Source: Eledone cirrhosa
Taxonomy: Eukaryota
Direction: 5' to 3'
Length of the DNA: 64,000 nucleotides
Assembly: GCA_964016885.1 (NCBI GenBank)
Contig: OZ024741.1
Location: 138,694,001 to 138,758,000 of the forward strand
Below, in pieces: positions 1-12,989 of this stretch. The notes beneath the pieces were generated by a model, which ran no database searches, was not told the origin of the DNA, and saw only the letters and a list, made by a program, of their open reading frames with translations. Both the position numbers and the translations under genes were made by a program. Numbering within the stretch: position 1 is the first letter of the stretch; the number at the start of each line of letters is the position of its first letter.

Positions 1-1768
1 ATGGCTACATACTATTGTAGTTGTTGTTTTTGAAACAAAGCATATTCTATTGGGTTTTTTCCATTACCAAGAATAAAGACAATCGATCACTTTTACAGTA
101 TAATTTTAAATTTTTGTGAATAACATAGAGTGTAAGGTGAATTGGGCGTATTAAATAATGTAAACATATGTTGTGTTATTACTGTATAATGTTGTTTTAA
201 TTTCCATGATTTCAAATTAATTTTATAATGTATATTGTTATTGGAACCATAGCATATTTAAGAGTATACTGTTTAACCCGTAAAATATCTTTCGCGAGAG
301 CATAATGGTATATATACATATATGTGCGTGTGCCGTGTGTGTGTATGTGTATGTGTGGTGTGGTGTGTGTGCGATTATGTGTGTGTGTGTAAAAATGTAT
401 ACATATGTGTATATTTATTTATAAATATATATACTGTAAACATTTATTTATTTTTATATATATGTATATATATATATATATGTAAACTGAATCTTTGGTG
501 AACATTATATGTGCATGATTACAAGCATTGGGTCTCGTATATATCTAATTTGTTTAACATTACCTTTTATTTTCTTGTGGTATGAAGCCAGAATTTGGCT
601 GTGTATATTGTGCTTTCAAACTCCCTCTTGTAGAAAAGCAATGGACGTAAATAGTTGATGAAAAAAAACAAACAAACTAGAAAATAAATTAAAAAAGCTA
701 AATATAATAAATTCTATTGAACGCAGAAAAGATTATTTCAATGTCGCCTGCATGGCATCGGTTATACCTAAAAATCAATTCTAAATAATTTTAGAACGGA
801 AATGAATTGTTGTTTTTCGTTTTACCTGAGCAAAATGCAATCAGTAAGAGGAAAACAAGATTTGTTTACTTTGCGTAAGGAACAGTTAAATTGCCATTTG
901 GGAGCTGGGCTGAGTAAGTATTTATCAAATGACCCATGTTGGCGTCACGTACCGATTGTGCTTAATCTTACTCTAAGCATGAATATAAAGCAGATTACAC
1001 AGCATTCTGATAACACCACAACAGCGAAAACCTTTTACATCATTTCCGCCGTATGTCTATGTAAACGTGAGCCAAATATTCTAGGAAAAAAAATTATTTT
1101 CACCTGGTAAATATTGTATAACTGGTTAGCCAAGAACCAATCAAACGGAACTTTTAATCGTAATATACCCATCCTAAAGCATCATTTTTTAATGTGATAG
1201 GTTATCATACTGCTTTCATCTTCTGTTCGTTCAATTCATCATGATATAGTGTTTTCCTTTTCATAAAATGTAAGCTAATGTGTAATCTTCATTATCTCAT
1301 TGAATTTTGTATCAATTTCTATTGGGTATACTCTGAAACCAACTGAACACACACACAGTCCTAACAGCCATCGCCTCCCGATTTACATAGGTATTATATA
1401 TTTATACATATATATATGATTATGTGTGTGTGATAAGTAAGCACAAAAAACAAAGCAAATGACACTTTCAATTAGGAGAAATATATCAATTTAACGCTTG
1501 AAACACCAGGAAAAGTGTCATTTCTATTACCTGTATCTTAATTTGTTTGTCTTTGGCCGGAACATGGAGTAGATTTCTTAAAATAATAACAGATTTGGTA
1601 AAATAATTCTTTAGTATAATCATTTTTCATTGCACCTGACACGACACACAATATTATTTATTTAATCTAATTTAACTGTCACTGATTATGTTTTGATTCA
1701 TAATAAAATAAATGTTATCATTTTTGTTGTAAGTCAGCGGAATGTAATAAATTCCGAATTAATGCTTT

Positions 1769-2030
1769 GCATCATCTACACTGAGGTTTTACGTTCTGAT
1801 TTCCAATCTAGCCGAGGTCAATTTGGAATTTCTTCTGTCGAGTGAAGATAAAATATAATACCAGTCAAGTACTAAGTGAATACATTTGACTTTGCCCTAC
1901 CACGAATCTGATTGCCTCAGACAGTAATATATATATTTTTCACACTGAATTCACATCACTCGAACACCGAATCTGCCTTTCATCCTTTCCGTATCGATAA
2001 ATAAAAGTACCATTCCAATACTCTGTTCAA
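1769..2030 (+). mobile_element. two highly decayed tRNA-derived SINE fragments (same family as 6701-6883)
   Basis: Degenerate B-box/core matches: 'gttctgatttccaatctagccgaggtcaatttgg...gataaaatataataccagt' and 'tgcctttcatcctttccgtatcgataaataaaagtacca'. Confidence 0.55.
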
Positions 2031-2031
2031 C

Positions 2032-2034
<3 letters not shown>

Positions 2035-2115
<81 letters not shown>
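2035..2115. repeat. (TC)n(TA)n compound microsatellite
   Basis: Seen directly. Confidence 0.95.
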
Positions 2116-2118
<3 letters not shown>

Positions 2119-2229
2119 TCTCTATTCCATAAGTATTAAAAGACCACATTTCTAGCCTAGAATATGTTTAGTTAAAATATAATAAGATCATTACTGCAGT
2201 GAATAACTGTAATCACATATATATATATA

Positions 2230-2460
2230 TAGTAATAATAATAAATTTGAAGACTAAAATCCAAAGAGGGCTCGATAAGGATAAATATATATAAAATATA
2301 TAAGAACCGTAGAGCAAATATTTATTAAAATAGCAGATTAAAGTTTAAGAAAAGAATCGCTGCTTTCACCATTAACGGGATCTTCTGAAACAGAAGATCC
2401 CGTTAAGGGTGAAAACAGAGATTCTTTGCTTAAACTTTAATCTGTTATTTTAATAAATAT
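2230..2460. mobile_element. PLE-type terminal-repeat fragment folded into a ~70-bp-arm palindrome, between (TA)n tracts
   Basis: 2318-2387 is the inverted copy of 2391-2460. 2230-2360 recurs at 28030-28160 and 2391-2460 recurs at 29015-29085. It carries a hammerhead-like motif. Confidence 0.65.
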
Positions 2461-2488
2461 ATATATATATATATAATATATATTATAG

Positions 2489-2545
<57 letters not shown>

Positions 2546-2574
2546 TAGGAAGGTCTTCTACTTTTCAGGAGAGG

Positions 2575-2745
2575 AGAAAGGCGATTATATCAAACCAGTA
2601 ATTGACTGGTACTATATTTCTATCGACTGATAGATGGAAGGCAAAATTGACCACTATGGAGTTTTAACTGAGGACGTAAACAATGGGAATAAATAACACA
2701 GAGCCTAATATCTTCCGCTCTAACTATTCTGTCAATCTATCGCCC
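2575..2745 (-). mobile_element. decayed tRNA-derived SINE
   Basis: 'gactggtactatatttctatcgac...gatggaaggcaaaattgacc...gctctaactattctgtcaatc' matches the better-preserved copies. Confidence 0.65.
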
Positions 2746-2814
2746 AAAAATCCTGATGCATATGACTGGGAAACTTGAGTTGACGGCATGTGAAGTATTT
2801 TCAGTATATTTTCT

Positions 2815-2985
2815 ATTTTTGGCACAAGGCCAGCGATTATCCCAGTGCACCATTGGTACTTTATTTTATCGACCTCGTAATGATGAAAGGCAAAGTTAAC
2901 CTCGGCGGATTTGAACTCAGAACGCAAAGGGCCATAACTATGCTGCAAAACATAGTGTCTGACGCTCTACCGATACTGCCAAACC
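2815..2985 (-). mobile_element. tRNA-derived SINE with Deu/Nin-like core
   Basis: Minus strand: A-box-like 'tggcagtatcggtagag', B-box 'gagttcaaatcc', then the 'gcctttcatc...gaggtcgataaaataaagtacca' core. Confidence 0.85.
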
Positions 2986-3299
2986 TTATATTGTTCTGTA
3001 GTTTCAAGTAATGCCACAATTCACATTTTTCCTGTTTTAAGATTCAACCTTAACAAATTTACTACCGATTATATTCAACGGTCAGTTGAAATTCCTGCCT
3101 AATTCTATTGATATATAAATGTGGTTTACCATAGAAGGATATTTATTGACATAAACAAATGCAAACTACTATCACGAAATGAATTATGTAATTGTATGTA
3201 AAACATCACTGATCTTTTAGGTTCACATTTAAAAACCTGTGTTGTATGTCAACTTGAATGAGAAGTTCATGGCATACCATCTGTATGTGGAAGTATGAG

Positions 3300-5100
3300 A
3301 TATAAATGTAATGAAATGGATGAATCAGAAATCAAACGTGCCTGCATAAGCTGTTTGATATGATATTACCAACAACCTTTCAGCCCTCATCTGTTTCCTG
3401 GAGGAAAGGAGCATTAAATTTAACGATTTTCAAACTATATCCACTAGTGGTTCTCTTGCCAAAATTGAAGAGAGTATTGGACACAACTTTGTATGTGTTT
3501 CGATAAGAGTGCAAATTGTACGCTTACTTCAATATTGTTCTAAGAATAAAATAAAGGAACATATATGTGGCATTTAATGGACTGGCACTATGATGTGTAT
3601 GTTTGTGATCAATCCTTTTTAAATGTCCTGCAGAATACATTGCTTTCTGGTATCAACTCTGTATTTCAAATTGTGAACTTTGATATCATTTCCGCCCATA
3701 TATCTGCACAAACCTAAGACAAAAAGTGGAAGTTTTGATATTTCGTAAATATTGTATAACTGATAGACAATTTCCGGTCTCTTCCAAGAAGAAAGTAAGA
3801 GAAAAGAAAAAAAGGTAGTTAAGCCTTAGTCGGATCAATATTTATAATTTATTACAGTATTTATTTTTGTATCGCGGTTTATTGCTGTGTCTCTGGTGTT
3901 CGTCTAGGTTTGTTTATTAAATCTGGCCACGTCGTTAATGAATCAATTGTCCCATGAGTGTGATGAAATAGTAGTAAATTTACTTTTCTGTCGAAGGAGA
4001 AACGTCTCCTTTAGGTTGTGTTACCTGCTCAAAATAAAACCAAAATTGCAGCAAGAGTGAATTATCGATTTGTAACATACTCTGTTGATTATGATTAAAT
4101 ACTTTCTTCTTTGCACAAGTTGGAACGATTTATATTCATGGTCTCTAATGTTGTCACTTGCAGTTAGATAGATTACTCAATTTGATTAACAGAAGTCAGT
4201 TTCACCATTTTAATAGTCTACTTAACTTTAACCAACTTTTGGTTAGCATTGATTTCTCTTTGGCTGCAAGATTACTGTTGGTATGTCTTTGTTAATTTTA
4301 TTGATTCTGATATAAGGAAATACATGGTAACCAGTGAACATCAACAATCTTTCAAGCCGTCACCTCACATTTGCCATCATCTGCCATTGTTATAGGGACG
4401 TTGCAGCGTAGGAAACTGCATCACCGACATTCAACCATCTCTGCTGTGTGTCAGGAAAGGGGTTGTCTCAAAGTTTTTATCCAACGGGCATTGTAGGTGT
4501 GGAGGTTGAGGCAACCTACTCTCTTCTGTCATCGGCTTCTGTCAAGAACCAGGAATTGAATTGTCGCGAAAGCCTTTTCTCTGTTTTTTATTCGGATGTC
4601 CTTACATTCTTTATCTCTGAACTATTCATTAGAGGATTGTATTAGTATATCCATCAGACCTTGTCACATGACTACTGCTTCGTGCATTTGTTTTTGTTTA
4701 TATTGGTTAGCAATGCTGTGTAGTTGCCCGCATGTTCCCTGATTGCCCTGTAAAGACTCCGTTGTTTGTGTGTTTCTTGAATAAGATAGTCATGAGGGTT
4801 GCTGTAGCAACTAATTTGAATTGTCTTTATGTTGTTTCAGAATCTATATCACTGATCAGTAAAATATGGCATGTAACTGATACACAATTTTCCTGTAAAT
4901 CAATATGTTTCATCGTAAATATGTTTACAATGACACAACGTACAGTATTATTTTTTGACAAGATTGCAACTCTAGATTACGGTAGGTTTTAATGTAATAA
5001 AATTGGTAATGAATGTAAATGTTGGTGTTCAATAGCTTCAAAATAGGTTACCTGATATATTTTGTGATTGATAATCAATTTAAACAATATTTTAAATACT
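3300..5100 (-). pseudogene. very degraded CR1-like LINE ORF2 relic
   Basis: Patchy minus-strand translation resembles CR1 ORF2: 'LIET(Y)K...FNFGKRTTSGYSLKIVK' (cf. TRGHSLKL near the CR1 C-terminus) near 3420-3510, and an endonuclease-end-like 'HVTRSDG..IL' near 4620-4680. Many stops and shifts; boundaries approximate. Confidence 0.4.
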
Positions 5101-5199
5101 AACGTGATTTTGTCTCGAACAAACAATCAATATTCACAGCATATAACTCGAAACGCAATTTTTAGATGAGTTAAACAGTGCGAAAAACTGTATATAGAT

Positions 5200-5211
5200 T
5201 ACACGCACGCG

Positions 5212-5255
<44 letters not shown>

Positions 5256-5265
5256 CATATATATA

Positions 5266-5321
<56 letters not shown>

Positions 5322-5390
5322 TGTATATATGCCTGTGTGTGTGTGCGTGTGTATGTGTGTGCATGTATATATGTGTCTGTGTATGGTGTG
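5200..5390. repeat. (CA)/(TA)/(TG) compound microsatellite
   Basis: Seen directly; it explains the HTHT/VCVC ORFs. Confidence 0.95.
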
Positions 5391-5477
5391 TAGGATGCTG
5401 CGTGTTCTTTGAATGTTTGTGTGTGTATATAACGGAAAATGAAATAGTTGTTATTACAGCTTTGATGTCAAAGCAAA

Positions 5478-5615
5478 GCGGATCATCTCACAATCAAGAT
5501 GTTTCAGATTTGATCACACTGCGGGGCAGTTTGGGAAAGTGATTCTACCTTAGTCTCGGGTCAACCCAAGTTTTGTTAAATTGGGTAGAAATAAATTATT
5601 TGAAAGCCCATCAGA
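5478..5615 (+). mobile_element. decayed second SINE family fragment (also 8365-8520)
   Basis: 'cacactgcggggcagtttgggaaagtgattctaccttagtctcgggtcaacccaag' resembles 8420-8500 'cgactgcatggcatctatctcagtgtcttgtaccatagccacaggtaaatcgaagccatgtgagtg'. Family assignment is from recollection of cephalopod SINEs. Confidence 0.45.
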
Positions 5616-6374
5616 TGGACTGTAATTCAATATGCAAGCCTTCTCAGACAATGTGTGTCACATTACATCTCTTTAGGAACTACGTTATAAGTACATGCAT
5701 ATGCAGAATACACAACCACTTACACAGTACTACACAAGACGATCGAATAACCGAATGCTCAGTATCGAAACCGGCGGAATGACCAACCGGACATATTTAT
5801 CATGTAATTAAACGTGTATTCAATAATATCTAACTGGCTTCGAAATATTTGGCAACATGAAACAGAATAATTACTTCTGAAAGCTAAAATATCATGGGAT
5901 AAAATGTCACCTGATAAAAGGGAATGAAGTTTTCGTATACAAGCTTATGTCACACTACCATGTCTGCAGAATGTGGTAGACGTATTACCCAGATGAATTG
6001 CAGCACTAACCTTTGTATCAAATGCACAACGGTATGGGAATATTTTGTAGTAAATATGCAAATGGTACTGAATCAGAATATCTAATGAAATGGCAAGCAC
6101 ATCACTAGATTTTGCTAGAAGAAAATAGTAAGTCAGGTATCTCACCTTTAAGAATTTCTTCATTAATTAAAGGATGCGTCTGTTAAGCGACTCATAAATA
6201 CAGTTATACAGTTGATTCTTTTGTACTTGCGTATTTGACACGTTGTTTGAAAAGCAAAAGAATATGATATTGTATAAGACCGAAATCCACTTCGATAAGT
6301 AATCATGTATATAATGATATATGGTCATATACATACACATATATGTACGCTCACGTACACTCTCACACGCCCAC

Positions 6375-6410
<36 letters not shown>

Positions 6411-6700
6411 ATATGTGTGTATGTGTGTGCGTGTGTGTGTTTGTGTATGTGTATTCTCTACTCACAATAATGTCTCTTTCCTAAGCAAATGAATCTATTT
6501 AAATCAGTGTCTCAGTATTATCTAGAGAGGTACGTTAAAATATTACAACTAACACCAACCTGTTTACACAAGTTTTGGAAAGTCTGGTTATGTCAAACAC
6601 AATTAAGCTATGACTCTCAATAAAACTATTCCGTTATACGGGAATATTCTGCGAGAGTTCTCTAATCTCAATTCTATATTTGTTGTTTAAAAAATATAAT

Positions 6701-6883
6701 TGTTTCTACTATAGGCACAAGGCCAGCAATTACCCAGTGCATTACTGGTACTTTATTTTATCGACCCCCTAAGGATGAAAGGCAAAGTTAACCTCGGCGG
6801 GATTTGAACTCAAAATGGAAAGGGCCGTAACTCTATGCTGCAAAGCATGGCGTCAGACCCTCTATCGATACTGCCAATTCACC
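6701..6883 (-). mobile_element. full tRNA-derived SINE with a perfect 19-bp TSD
   Basis: A/B boxes and Deu/Nin-like core. TSD gttgtttaaaaaatataat at 6682-6700 and 6884-6902. Confidence 0.92.
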
Positions 6884-8364
6884 GTTGTTTAAAAAATATA
6901 ATGATGGGCATCATAGTTCGTAAAATTGTGCTTTCAATATACAGATAACGCCAAGATATTAACTCTGGAACGGCATGCATGAAGATATATGAAGGCGTGT
7001 TGGTTTTAATGGCATGGCATAACTACGGGAGCTTCAGATGTGTAATGGCGTGACCTGTCTCAGGTGAGTGTGTGGTCTACGGCTTATACTCTGGAATGAT
7101 TTAATTTGTGTTTCAATACCTCGGGCTTTTTATGACCTCACATGTCTATCTAGACTTCTGCTGTGTAAATAGTAGACCTATCTACCGAGATGTCAGCTGA
7201 TGCAGTGCTTTTGGAACATTTCATAGAATGGAACTACATTTGGGTTATTATGACTTTCATATTTATGATTTAAATGTAAATTATTTATTGTGATGTTTAA
7301 GTGAATATCTGTAATCTGTATTCAACGGTATATGAGATGTATCTGGCATCCAGCAGTATAATGTTATTTTGGTTGAGTTATGCAGCACATTGAACTGTAA
7401 CTGACTAGATAGATCCCACACTGAAATGTAAATGACCAACGCCAAGTGTAAATATAGAATGCAGTTTAAAGTGTAGGCGACAAGGAAGACCACTCTCTAA
7501 ATTCACGACGTTTATTCTACTACTATATTAAATATCGAGATTTTCCCTTTATTTGTAGAACCTATAACTTAATAGTGATATGTAAACAAAGGAGGTATAT
7601 TTCGAAAATGGGGAGCGAAGTTTAGAATTGAAAAAAAATAGAAGCTTAATGACGGACTGATTCACGGACTGATTATTACACTCTGACTAGTACAACCCAA
7701 AGCACATACTGGGGAATACGCGTCGAGTGCTCAATATGGTGAACCAAAAGTAACTTGACGTTATATATATATGGAGAGAGAGAAATATAGAGAGAAACGA
7801 TTGGTAGATAGATAGGTAGATAGATACATGCATATGAACAATAACATCTGAACACATACTCACACATGCATGCACATATACTCTTATATACATAAATATG
7901 TATATCCATTTAAATATATATATAAAGAGAGAGAGTGCGAGAGAAAGAGAGAGAGTGATGCAAACACATACGCATAATGTTTTGTATGTATATGTGAATG
8001 ATATATGAAGAGAAATATGATAATGCACAATACAAAAACCTCACCAATTTTATAAAATATTTAGCATTCTAATTCCACTAAAATTGCTTCAATTAATCAT
8101 CAAATTCTAATTTCCACTTGTTTTAAATGTCATTAAGTAAAATTAATTTATTGTCAATTCTGTAATTTTATATAATGAATTATGACATAAACTTCGAATA
8201 TATACAAATGTTCAATAGACACTAATTATTCATTAAAATAACTAAATATAATAAACGTATATACACTTCGAATAATTGAAATTGCTCTTCATATTTAATT
8301 ATTTAATTCTTGAAGTTTCCTGTCTAGGCCTATTTATCACGTATTTTATATTCTATTCACTTGA

Positions 8365-8520
8365 AGCAAGCATGGTATGAGTTTTAGTTCAATGCAATAT
8401 CATGATATACCGAGTTTTAGTCGACTGCATGGCATCTATCTCAGTGTCTTGTACCATAGCCACAGGTAAATCGAAGCCATGTGAGTGCAGATGGTGAGCA
8501 GGAAATTGAATGGAATCATG
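8365..8520 (+). mobile_element. decayed second SINE family fragment
   Basis: Similarity to 5478-5615. Confidence 0.4.
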
Positions 8521-9055
8521 TTGGGTCGACTGTAAGTACAATGCAAAAGAGGTACAATCTGACATAATTTCTGTCACTGATTCAGCTTGAAAAATATGAG
8601 TATTTGTGTATTTAGTATATTTAATGATTTACAAGTTAATTCATATCTTCAGCATTCAGTCTGTCAAAAGAATGAATCTCCGTCTTTTAGACCCACGTAG
8701 AATGCACTGTTCGTTCTTGTTCTATCAATAAAAGGTGGCCAAATATTTTGTTAACTATCACAATCGTCTCCACAAAGCTGATATACTAAACATTATTTCG
8801 GTTCAATTAGGCACATTCGATGCTGTTATATCGCCTTCTAAGATAACTACTTATTTGAAAGAGACGGGTTAGAAAACGTGTTCGGATTCATATACAAAGG
8901 AAAACATTAGGGGTGGTCATGAATATAGGTTTTCTTAATGAGGACTGACCTTCAGCAAAAATAGCAATAACACAAATTGGACATCATTACGACGTTGCTT
9001 GATTTGCTAGAAACAATTTACATAAGCCTAGACACAAACGATGGTATAGTCACAG

Positions 9056-9106
<51 letters not shown>

Positions 9107-9561
9107 CTCGGCTAAAATAAGTCTAAACAGCTTCAGAAACAATGTCATAAAACTTGGCGGTAATGAATGCCTATGCGTTTGTTTGACACAATTGATATAG
9201 CAGGGAACGTACGCACCCTCTCACACAGAGTCACACGCACTTATGTACACACACACACTCACAAGCACACAAACATATACTAATTTACATAAAATCCCAA
9301 GGTACTTGAAATGTAATCTGAGAGAGGGTATGAGCAAAAGCACTGACACAAGAGTCCCGTTTGAATTATTTTATCGACCGCATTCACACATTCTTATAAG
9401 CATGACTATCAGTGTAACACTTTCACTATTCAGTCCACTGAGACCAAGAGGAGCCAAAGAGACCACTCTCATATTGCCTGGGAATCTATCACTGGGGTAG
9501 CGATGTGTTGAGAGACGTGCACACATATACACTGTATGCATAAACAATATTATTACAGCAT

Positions 9562-9695
9562 AGAGTTACGGCCGTTTATGATCTGAGTTCAAATCCTGTC
9601 GAGGTTAACTTTGTCTTTCATCCTTACGAGGTCGATGAAATAAAGTACCAGTAATATAGTGAGGTAATTGCTGGCTTGTGCCAAAGGTACACATA
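9562..9695 (+). mobile_element. 5'-truncated tRNA-derived SINE with a 13-bp TSD
   Basis: B-box 'gagttcaaatcc' plus core. TSD attattacagcat at 9549-9561 and 9696-9708. Confidence 0.9.
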
Positions 9696-11144
9696 ATTAT
9701 TACAGCATCAAATGAATACTCGTACAGTGTCAGATACCGGAAATAATACAAACTACACGCCCACAACTACACAAACGCACACACATCGTGCTAGTGATCT
9801 TTGTTAACAACTGCATGTAGATATTGGAATATTATATAAAAGAAGTCTAGCGTTTCAATTTTATTGTCGGTTTCGACGATAGAATTTCCAGTCTTTCACT
9901 CAATGGAACAATCCGCTCGTGCAATTGATATGCACGTCACCGAGCATTATATAAATAGTTGTTCCATTAACATCATTCTTAGGGAGATATAGCGACATGC
10001 AATGTGTAACAACACTCGTTCATTGCATTACAGGTAAGGTCCATTCGAAGAGCTTTCAAACGTTTTTCATCTACAAAATTTCATATAGAAGGCTTATCTC
10101 GATACGATGTCTTATTCAATGTTATTTTTCCAAGATCGAGGCAGTGGGACGGAACATGAAGCCCATGCTGTATCAGTTAATCGACCAACTATAATGTACT
10201 ATTTCAAATAATTTTAGTTAAACGAATATAATATTCTGAAAAGCTACACAATAAAAAACAAGTAAAATGTTAGTTTCAATCTAATTTCTAATTTTAGAAT
10301 AAAAATGTACAAAAATAATTAATTCCATATATTGATGTTTTTTATCTTGTTAGAAAATATTTATTTTTAATCGACTTAAGGATACTAATCTCTGTTGATT
10401 TAAGTAGATTTGTCTAGAAAAGATTTCATCTCGCTATTAAAAGATAAAAGCAAGGTGGAAATAAATAAAGAAAATGATATGAAATCAAGTGTTTCAGAAG
10501 AAAAATTACATAAAAACCCGTTCTACATAACAAAATTTTATTTACAGAATTATATGAATGAAGAAATAATTTACGTCTTCATAAATGTATTGCAACGTTG
10601 ATAGATATACACACATACACATGAGTATGCTCATCATTCAAAGCCATTAGCTGGTATGTGGGAGATGCGGCGTTCATTTCCTTTTAGCGGTCGATGGCAA
10701 CTTCTTTTCCCGTCTTTGATGGCCTTCACCATATTTTATTAGCTATTTCATGCGCATCTCTATGCATGCGCACATCAATCTTTCTAAATATTTATGCACA
10801 ATTAGAAGATAAAAGGTTTTGCGTAGTGTAAAGGATGATATTTAATATTTGTATAATTGTCAGAAGGAATAAAACACATTTTAACACTCGATAAAAAATA
10901 TTTTAATTGAATTTTGTTTATAATTTGAATCTTGCGCTTCCGTCATTCAAGAGACATATCAAGATATACAGTTGTTTGTATAATTTGATAAGACTTGTGA
11001 AAAGCGATAGCAGTGAATTCAAATCACAAAAGGATATTATTGTTTTAGCACCAAATGACAAACAATGTTTAATTAGTTGTTCTAATACGTATCATTTTAA
11101 TATCTGTGTATGGACTTCTGTCGGGTTTGATGAGGAGTATTGCA

Positions 11145-12718
11145 ATTTGATCAACGAGCAAATTACTTGCAAAAGGCCTCACACATCCGTTTGGATTCGC
11201 CTAGCTCGTGTCCGCCTCGGTCCGTCAAATATCGAATTGTGCTTTTATTACCACGCTGCGCCTCTGTCACATGGGCCCATCGAATAGCTTTGGTTCCCTC
11301 GTTTCTCAGAGTACGCGCCTTAGCTCTGATCAATGCAATCTTGGTGTTTCGCATTGAAGAAATGGACTAATGCCATTCTCGCTGCCAGCTCCTGACTTGC
11401 AATGCCACTAAAAATATCCTCGTCTAATTTAGCTACAAACACCCATCCCCTCCTTTCTATTTTTCTCTAACACTACTTCTTTGCTAAACCCTATTGAAAT
11501 TAGTCTAGTATCCAAGAAGAATCTCCAAACCAGTCCCTTACAACCTCTCTCTGTCAAGGAGCGTGTCAGGGCTGTCGACCGCCACGCATCCCGGGAGCCA
11601 CCATAAATCTAGTCCTGGCGGAATCCTGGGAACGCGGACCCTTACTATTCTCTTCCCCATGTAGGACGGGTACAACATGATTTGGTCGGTTTTTCAGAGG
11701 ACCATAGACTGGTTTATAGCAAGGGCCTCAGTTTTGAAAAGCACCAGGGTGCTCCTAAATTGTCCGGCCATTGTTATATGATCTATGTCATCATTATCGA
11801 TGCATTTCGGAGGCATTCTCGGCTTTTCGAGATTTGACTTAAATGCATCGATACTTTAGAGTGCTCCTCTCTGTTGCTGCCATTATCTCTATCGGACGTT
11901 TAAATTGGTCCAGCTTTTCTCTTTTGTAATATTTTTTTCCGCTTGAGCCAAGCGTTTCTTTTTCTCTGTAAGGTCAAAATCGTAAAGCGTTTGACTTTTT
12001 GCTACTGTGGCCACGAAAGTACATTTGTTGATGCTGTTGTTGTAGTCGTTATTTTCTTGCTGCTGTTTTGCTGTTTTTCGTTGGCTATATTGTTGATGGG
12101 GTTGTCGTCGTTCTTGTGGTTGTTGGTGGTGTTGCTGTCATTATTGCAGTTGTTGTTGGTGCTGTTGCTTTCTTGCCATCTTTCTTTGTTACTCTTGGTG
12201 CTGTCGTTATTCATGTTATTGGTGGTGCTGTTCATTTCGTGATTGTTTTTGTTTCCATTGTTTCTGTTGTCTGTGTTTTGGTTGTTGCTGTTACAGCTGT
12301 TGTCGTTGTGTTTAACGTTAGTGTCCTCACTGTTACTGTTTCTGCTGTCGTTGTTCATGTTGTTTTAAGTGTTGTTGCTAAATTTCTTGTCGCTATATGT
12401 GTTTATTATATATATATATATATTTGTTTCTGTCGTATCCTTCCTCTCAACGTTTAACCCGCTGTCAGACGACAGCAAACTAATGTCTCAGGGCAGCCAT
12501 GTTTTGTTTTGTTTTGCATTTTTCAGAAATAATCTTTATACAAAGTTCAAATACTTGGGCCAAAAGGCTCAAATATTATAGCGTCTCCCCTTCACAGGGT
12601 AAATACGGAAGCCTTACGACATTTTCAGAAAATGCAACAATTATTACAAATGAAAAGCAAACTGAAAATTTACCAATTTTGCGGAGCCTCAAAAAATAGT
12701 TCTACGCTGTCTGACAAC
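11145..12718 (-). mobile_element. Tx1/L1-like LINE copy A: 5' end plus ORF1 start, internally deleted, joined to an ORF2 fragment
   Basis: Minus strand: aaaacATGGCT at 12500, an Asn-rich tract, then 'IMLYPSYMGKRIVRVRVPRIPPGLDLWWL' (homologous to copy B 'IVLMPSYCGQNIVRVKHTHISPRMTPSWL'). After ~11555: 'RAKARTLRNEGTKAIRWAHVTEAQRGNKSTIR', homologous to copy B ORF2. Confidence 0.8.
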
Positions 12719-12989
12719 TAATAATAATAATAACAATAATAATGTTTTCTTTATTAACCTCAAGGATTTACATAAAGTAGAGATTAAGGACAGTACAGGA
12801 CAATAAAGGACGGTACAAATGGGCATTTCTGCGTGTAAAACAAAAACAGAGGATGTAATAAAATAACAAAGAAAAATTCCCTAATAGGGGGGAGACTTCC
12901 GAGGGACATTTGTGGAGAAAGCCCATTAAAAGACCACAGTGACCCTGACCACCAGGGCAAGTGCCCTCCCCCAGTTTTCAACCTTTAAT

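Noticed and set aside
6780-6883. tRNA gene
   Set aside because: A/B boxes are present but belong to SINE heads, with no cloverleaf and with a SINE body and TSDs.
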